Source of the DNA: Pseudoalteromonas tetraodonis
GTDB taxonomy: Bacteria > Pseudomonadota > Gammaproteobacteria > Enterobacterales > Alteromonadaceae
NCBI RefSeq assembly: GCF_002310835.1
Contig: NZ_CP011041.1
Coordinates: 600,001-632,000, forward strand
Direction of reading: 5' to 3'
DNA length: 32,000 nucleotides
Position 1 is the first letter of the stretch. Every line of letters begins with the position of its first letter. The notes below the pieces were generated by a model. It was not told the DNA's origin and ran no database searches. It saw nothing but the letters and a program-made list of their open reading frames with translations. The translations under genes were made by a program, and so were the position numbers. Below, one piece after another: positions 27,709 to 32,000 of the stretch.

Positions 27709-28669
27709 ATGCGAACTTAAAAACGAGAACAGCCTTAATAATTTCAACGCTAATAATAATCAGAAGCCAAAAAAAGCGAGTTTGGTTAAGTGTATTGAGT
27801 AGTTGTGGTATGTCATCGGCGTTGGGAAGACGCTCTACACCGACACGCATTTTATTAAAACGCTGTGTATTATAAATAGCAGGCCCACCAAGTTGTACCC
27901 CCAAAGATGCAGAGCACACACTAAGTAACCAGCCTGTATTGGTTTGATAGAAGTGTCGGCCATAATGCTTAATATAATGCATGCTTTTTTTACTGGCCTT
28001 TAGTGAGGCAATTGTCAGCGCGAGTAAACGTATGGGAATGTACTCAACAATAAAAAGAACCAGTTTAAGCGGCATCAAAAAAGAGCTGTTTGGGGCTATA
28101 TCACTTCGCCACGCCTGTTGAATTAAAGTGATTAAACGATAGGCGAGAGCGGCGACGGGGCCCAATACTAAAAATATGAAAATTACCACAAAGTAATGAC
28201 GCGCCGTTCTAAGTATGACACTTTCCATAATGGCTTTAATGATCCCGGGGCTTGAAAGTGCATTAACTTCACGGGCTACTAGTGGCTTTAATAATTCGCG
28301 TGCTGTCGATTTTTGATTTTTTTTGACTAGCCTAGCTATGCGTATCGCTTTTTTATTCAGGCTACTGTTTTCTAGGCATAAATATAAAATAAGACCTGAT
28401 AACAGCTCGGGGTAAAAGGCAAGCTGAAGCAGTAAAACTACAATAATAAGCACAGTACTAAGTATAAGCGTACTTGCCATTGAGGCTGCTAAATAATGAT
28501 ATTGCTTGGTGTCTGTTTTTTTATAAATACGCTGGCTTATAGCGCTAAAAATAGCAGAGAGTATGTGGTTAGGGTGATACCAACTTACTAAAGGTAAAAA
28601 GCGCTCAGCAAGGAGCGCACAAATAAATACAATAAAGTCCAAATGATTTTGAACAATATTATTGAGCAT
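27707..28669 (-). CDS. CobD/CbiB-family integral membrane protein
   Basis: 320-aa polytopic protein. The N-terminus ...ALLAERFLPLVSWYHPNHILSAIFSAISQRI resembles the CobD/CbiB HPV-region. Its ATG directly abuts the mtnN stop (TAAATG). I recall this pairing from Vibrionaceae, but the function is uncertain. Confidence 0.55.
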   Translation of the reverse strand: MLNNIVQNHLDFIVFICALLAERFLPLVSWYHPNHILSAIFSAISQRIYKKTDTKQYHYLAASMASTLILSTVLIIVVLLLQLAFYPELLSGLILYLCLENSSLNKKAIRIARLVKKNQKSTARELLKPLVAREVNALSSPGIIKAIMESVILRTARHYFVVIFIFLVLGPVAALAYRLITLIQQAWRSDIAPNSSFLMPLKLVLFIVEYIPIRLLALTIASLKASKKSMHYIKHYGRHFYQTNTGWLLSVCSASLGVQLGGPAIYNTQRFNKMRVGVERLPNADDIPQLLNTLNQTRFFWLLIIISVEIIKAVLVFKFA

Positions 28670-29377
28670 TTACAGCGTAACCGCCGTTAATTTCTCAAGT
28701 AAAGCTACGACCATTTTTGATGAATTTATAGAGGCTGTTTCTAAGTATTCTTCAAATGATTGCGGCGACTCTTTGCCTGCAATATCAGACATTGAGCGAA
28801 TAACAACAAATGGTGTATTAAGTGCAAAACACGTTTGCGCAATTGATGCACCTTCCATCTCTACTGCTAGCATTGTAGGGAAGTCACTGCGTGCTTTTTC
28901 AATACGAACAGGGTCGCACATAAACGAGTCGCCAGTGCAAATTAAACCAACAAGGGTTTTTACTTCACTAATTTGTGCAATTGTTTGCTCGGCTGCTTCT
29001 ACAAGTTTAGGGTGAGCAGTAAAACCTGCTGGCATTTGTGGTACTTGGCCAATTTCGTAACCAAACGCTGTTACATCAACATCGTGATGACGTACTTCAG
29101 ATGAAATTACTACATCGCCAACGTTTAGTGATGGGTCGAATCCACCGGCAGAGCCAGTGTTAATAACACAATCTGGATTGAAGTTATCGATAAGTAATGT
29201 GGTTGCGATTGTCGAAGCGACTTTACCTATACCTGATTGCACTAAAGTGACGGTATTGCCTGCAAGCTCGCCTGTGTAAAAAGTAAAACCAGCCTTGGTT
29301 AAAACTTGTGGATTTTGCATCGCCTCGCGCAAAATTTTAACTTCTGGCTCCATTGCGCCAATAATACCAACATTCAT
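28670..29377 (-). CDS. mtnN: 5'-methylthioadenosine/S-adenosylhomocysteine nucleosidase
   Basis: Track ORF extends to 29419. I prefer ATG 29377 (AGGAA upstream), giving [20 protein letters not shown] (compare E. coli MKIGIIGAMEEEV). Also [22 protein letters not shown] and [10 protein letters not shown]. Confidence 0.93.
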   Translation of the reverse strand: MNVGIIGAMEPEVKILREAMQNPQVLTKAGFTFYTGELAGNTVTLVQSGIGKVASTIATTLLIDNFNPDCVINTGSAGGFDPSLNVGDVVISSEVRHHDVDVTAFGYEIGQVPQMPAGFTAHPKLVEAAEQTIAQISEVKTLVGLICTGDSFMCDPVRIEKARSDFPTMLAVEMEGASIAQTCFALNTPFVVIRSMSDIAGKESPQSFEEYLETASINSSKMVVALLEKLTAVTL

Positions 29378-29435
29378 AGTGTTAAATTCCTGAGTTTGAA
29401 TACGGTGATTATACTGCAAAAAATAACGTGGGGTA

Positions 29436-29469
29436 AAACAAACAAAAATGCGAGCTTAAAAAGCCCGCA
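29436..29469 (-). terminator. Rho-independent terminator of the DUF2726-like gene
   Basis: Minus strand reads GCGGGC-TTTTTAA-GCTCGC (one G.U pair) followed by ATTTTTGTTTGTTTT. Confidence 0.55.
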
Positions 29470-29486
29470 CTTTATAAACTTATTGA

Positions 29487-30083
29487 TTATATTTCAGCAA
29501 GGGCTGTTGATTGTGCCTTTGCTTGAGAAGGAGACAATACCGCAGGTTTATGAACTCTAGCACGCGTAGGTCGTGATGGTTTAGATGCCGCTGGCTTACC
29601 TAATTTAAACATAATTGCATCGCGTACTTCGCTTGGGCGGTAGCCTGCCTTCACTTTCATACGAATATGTGGAATACCTGCGGCTTCCAATGCGCCATTA
29701 ACAAACCAGTCGCGCTGTGCTTTGTGGCCATCTTTATTGGCGTTATTAACTAAGTCAACCGCAGCCACTATGGTCATTTTTTCTTTATCTACTAAAACAA
29801 AGTCGAGCTGCTTATTTTTTGCTTTAGCCATTGCCGCACGTTTAGATTTAACAGACAGGCCTTGTTTACAGTCAATCACATCGATTAGTTTAACGCGACT
29901 AACAATTTTATATTGATCGCCAACAGCGCGCTCTAATAAATTCAGAAACGCCCCTTCTACTTGGGTAAATACACTTTGCTTACGAGTAAAAGGATAAGGG
30001 TTTCCGCCGTCATCATTAAATTTTGACGCAACGACAGATGCCCCAATAACTAGCACTAATATTAATAATAAAGCGAATTCCAT
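29487..30083 (-). CDS. DUF2726-like (restriction-endonuclease-fold) membrane-anchored protein
   Basis: Track ORF extends to 30104. I prefer ATG 30083 (GGAG 7 nt upstream). N-terminal TM helix MEFALLLILVLVIGASVVA. Core ...VEGAFLNLLERAVG..YKIVSRVKLIDVI...QLDFVLVDKEKMTIVAAVDL...H...RDWFVNGALEAAGIPHIRM fits my recollection of the DUF2726 pattern. The C-terminal tail is basic and low-complexity. Confidence 0.6.
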   Translation of the reverse strand: MEFALLLILVLVIGASVVASKFNDDGGNPYPFTRKQSVFTQVEGAFLNLLERAVGDQYKIVSRVKLIDVIDCKQGLSVKSKRAAMAKAKNKQLDFVLVDKEKMTIVAAVDLVNNANKDGHKAQRDWFVNGALEAAGIPHIRMKVKAGYRPSEVRDAIMFKLGKPAASKPSRPTRARVHKPAVLSPSQAKAQSTALAEI

Positions 30084-30185
30084 ACGGTAACTCCATAACA
30101 ACAAATTGACACTGCTTTTCTAAAGCAATTTATGTGCCCAAATAGTTGTTATGGTTGTTTTATTAACGAATGGGGATGAGCACTA

Positions 30186-31106
30186 TTATGCTTTATAGCC
30201 GCCTTCAATACCTTTTACGGCAATCGCAACTGCATCATGAGCATGTAAAGACTCATAATGGTTAATTTGCAGGAAGTAATCGCTAAACTCTTTTGACTCT
30301 AACGTCGTTTTAATTTTTCGTGCTGCGTCTTCACAAAACATTAAATTTTGACCGTTTAAGCGAGCAAACTCTTGTTCGTCTTCACGTTTTACCGCAGCTT
30401 GTACTGGTGTTTTTAGCTCATCTTCTAGTAAGTTTATTAAGTTAACCACATCAAACTGTTTAATGTTATTTGCTAATTTAACTTTAACATTAGCAATTGA
30501 ACGCTGTGAATGCGGGGTTGCTACAATGCCTTGAGTTGTTCCAAGCCACTCTAAAACTTCTGATTGAGTGAGTGTTTCTTGAGAAAACTTTTCGCTGAAT
30601 GCGTTTTGAATTAATTGGCGAGCCAGTGCTGCAGAGCAGGGGCAAGTTGATGAATAAGTCACATCAACGCTGAGCTCAAAACTAATAACGCCTTGATTTA
30701 TAGTGCTGGTAAGTACAATGGGATAGCTTTTCCAACCTGCTTTACCACTAAGTAATGACTTACGGCGTAGCGGCAATTCAAATTTAAATTCAATGTGTGC
30801 TTTATCACTTAAGCCTTCATGACTGGTGATAAAGGTATCTAAGGCTTGTGCTAAGGTTTGTGGATTGACCTGTTGCTCAGTTGAGAGGTGATCCAACGCT
30901 AAAAATAGTCGCGACATATGAATGCCTTTAGCATCTTCTTTGTGTAAATTAACAAAGGCGCGTGCTTTTGCATTAACGGTAACTGGAGCTAAATCAAGAG
31001 ATTCAAAAATAAAAGGCAGCTCTATATCGCCCATACCTACCCAGTCTAATTTACCTGTTTGTAATGCGGCAGCCGTGTTAGCAATATCTGGCATAGTTTT
31101 TTGCAT
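30186..31106 (-). CDS. folE2: GTP cyclohydrolase FolE2 (type IB)
   Basis: 306 aa. [47 protein letters not shown] and [10 protein letters not shown] correspond to conserved FolE2/MptA blocks. Confidence 0.88.
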   Translation of the reverse strand: MQKTMPDIANTAAALQTGKLDWVGMGDIELPFIFESLDLAPVTVNAKARAFVNLHKEDAKGIHMSRLFLALDHLSTEQQVNPQTLAQALDTFITSHEGLSDKAHIEFKFELPLRRKSLLSGKAGWKSYPIVLTSTINQGVISFELSVDVTYSSTCPCSAALARQLIQNAFSEKFSQETLTQSEVLEWLGTTQGIVATPHSQRSIANVKVKLANNIKQFDVVNLINLLEDELKTPVQAAVKREDEQEFARLNGQNLMFCEDAARKIKTTLESKEFSDYFLQINHYESLHAHDAVAIAVKGIEGGYKA

Positions 31107-31257
31107 GATACGTTACTCGTTATTTGCAATATTTAAAACGCCGCATTTTACACTAAATAAAGATTTGCTGAAATGCAGCAAATAACACCAAACATGAAAT
31201 TTTATTGTTTTTGTCGCACAACATGAAAATAGCTGATAGAAAATGCTAAAATTAGCC

Positions 31258-31287
31258 TTTAACCTTGAAAGGTCAACAGACCCTAAG
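31258..31287. repeat. Solo copy (30/30 identity, inverted) of the left terminus of the 12658..12974 element
   Basis: TTTAACCTTGAAAGGTCAACAGACCCTAAG is the exact reverse complement of 12657..12686 (CTTAGGGTCTGTTGACCTTTCAAGGTTAAA). No further element-internal sequence flanks it. Confidence 0.8.
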
Positions 31288-31313
31288 CATTTAGCTAAGA
31301 GAAAAACTGATAT

Positions 31314-32000
31314 ATGACTGATTCTTCTTTGAACCCGTGGGTTCGAGTTCTTTCCAGTTCAATAACTCGTTTTGGTGAGTTTAAAACTGCAGCTATTTGC
31401 TATGCATTATTACTGACAATATCGCTGGTTTTATCAAGTATGTTTTATTACGTTGCCATAGGCGAAGTAAACTTGGTTGATATACTCGCCGTGGTATTTT
31501 TTACCTCGGTTGTTTCTCCTTTAGTTATCAGCATATTATTAAACTCTATTCGGCAACTTGATGCCTCTTATGCTTATTTAGATAGTGCCACAAAACAAGA
31601 GAAGCTTTTAAATCAAACCCTCAAAGACAATATTAACCGCTTAAATATTGAAATTGACGAACGTAAAATGGCTTTTCATGCCAAACACCGAGCAATAGAA
31701 GAGCTTAGGCGTGAAATTGCAGAGCGTAAAAAAACACAACAAGAACTCGCACAGCAAGGCATGTTACTGCGCTCAATAGTAGACTCCTCGCCGGATTTAT
31801 TTTATTACCGCGATAACAACGGGGTATTTGCCGGTTGTAATAAAATGTTTGAAGAGGTAATGGGCAAAACCAGTGGTGAACTTATTGGTAAAGCCGCAGA
31901 AGAAATATTCCCAAGCCACTTTTTATCAGAAGTACTCAGAACCGATGAGCAAGTTGAGCGCACTCACCAAGGTTTAACTATAGATGTGGAGTACTCAGTA
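31314..32000 (+). CDS. arcB: Aerobic respiration control sensor kinase ArcB, N-terminal fragment (runs off the right edge)
   Basis: Absent from the track because it has no stop. ATG 31314, open to 32000 (229 codons). Two TM helices, then LKDNINRLNIEIDERK... and LRSIVDSSPDLFYYRDNNGVFAGCNKMFEEVMGKTSGELIGK. These parallel E. coli ArcB LKDNIAQLNQEIAVREK and LRSFLDASPDLVFYRNEDKEFSGCNRAMELLTGKSEKQLVG. Confidence 0.8.
   Translation, partial: MTDSSLNPWVRVLSSSITRFGEFKTAAICYALLLTISLVLSSMFYYVAIGEVNLVDILAVVFFTSVVSPLVISILLNSIRQLDASYAYLDSATKQEKLLNQTLKDNINRLNIEIDERKMAFHAKHRAIEELRREIAERKKTQQELAQQGMLLRSIVDSSPDLFYYRDNNGVFAGCNKMFEEVMGKTSGELIGKAAEEIFPSHFLSEVLRTDEQVERTHQGLTIDVEYSV

Noticed and set aside
463-30104. 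N-terminal extensions of track ORFs (463, 7389, 11841, 11960, 18189, 19984, 29419, 30104 as starts)
   Set aside because: In each case an internal start has a better SD. It also restores a canonical N-terminus: a signal peptide, or the conserved first residues of CsrA, MtnN, OadG or RibA. The longest-ORF coordinates were therefore trimmed.
12038-31106. Two GTP cyclohydrolases (ribA and folE2) in one window, each next to a copy of the repeat terminus, as a functional link
   Set aside because: The enzymes belong to unrelated pathways and folds. The repeat is downstream of one gene and upstream of the other. Coincidental insertion of a mobile repeat into AT-rich TA-containing intergenic DNA is the simpler explanation.
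855-31185. Short ORFs in the track lying antisense within larger genes: 855..1052, 1506..1790, 4550..4849, 5378..5608, 6086..6280, 9108..9302, 12186..12371, 15801..16007, 16274..16768, 16943..17182, 17507..17791, 21465..21788, 22325..22633, 22871..23170, 24054..24365, 25327..25554, 27412..27612, 28662..29015, 29306..29560, 29722..29916, 30922..31185
   Set aside because: Each lies entirely or almost entirely opposite a long ORF with clear family motifs. Their products are Ser/Ala/Leu-rich, low-complexity sequences typical of antisense frames. None has a convincing RBS.
31190-31210. Possible Zur box upstream of folE2 (AAACATGAAA-T-TTTATTGTTT, 8/10 arm symmetry); also hairpin TTTGCTG-AAATG-CAGCAAA at 31164..31182
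   Set aside because: folE2 is often Zur-regulated. However, the gammaproteobacterial Zur consensus as I recall it (GAAATGTTATAATATAACATTTC) has the opposite half-site orientation (TGTTAT...ATAACA). An AT-rich imperfect palindrome in AT-rich DNA is weak evidence, and a position weight matrix scan is needed.
31339-31350. tRNA T-arm-like GGTTCGAGTTC
   Set aside because: It lies inside the arcB reading frame. No acceptor, D or anticodon stems can be built around it. I found no tRNA elsewhere in the window, including downstream of csrA, where E. coli has tRNA genes.

Overview
The window looks like AT-rich core chromosome (about 40% GC) of a marine gammaproteobacterium. Gene content and order (recX-alaS-aspartokinase-csrA, oadGAB, arcB, folE2, type-2 tyrS) suggest Alteromonadales or Pseudoalteromonas; this taxon call is inference only. 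Most of the window is housekeeping or metabolic. Left to right: a secreted amidohydrolase; an arylformamidase-like hydrolase with kynureninase; a 1083-aa chemoreceptor with a nine-unit poly-HAMP array; a secreted pyroglutamyl-peptidase (C15)-like protein; GST; LMW phosphotyrosine phosphatase; a TPR/TonB-C protein; ribA; a membrane protein coupled to recX; alaS; aspartokinase; csrA; small membrane and lipoprotein genes; the Na+-pumping oxaloacetate decarboxylase operon oadGAB; an aldo/keto reductase; an M23 murein endopeptidase; tyrS; mtnN with a CobD/CbiB-like gene; a DUF2726-like protein; folE2; and the 5' end of arcB. I see no rRNA, tRNA, CRISPR array, transposase, integrase, phage gene or obvious multi-gene defence island. 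The least ordinary object is a ~317-bp GC-rich element (12658..12974) with terminal inverted repeats and several internal stems. It sits between the ribA stop codon and the ribA terminator, and a 30-bp inverted solo copy of one terminus lies 18.6 kb away in the folE2/arcB divergent promoter region. Other points worth a second look are two PdhR/LldR-type palindromic operators upstream of oadGAB, a Cys-to-Ser change at the predicted nucleophile of the C15-like protein, the exactly 45-codon-periodic HAMP array, and two short genes missing from the ORF track. All functional calls rest on motif recognition by eye, and no database search was run.
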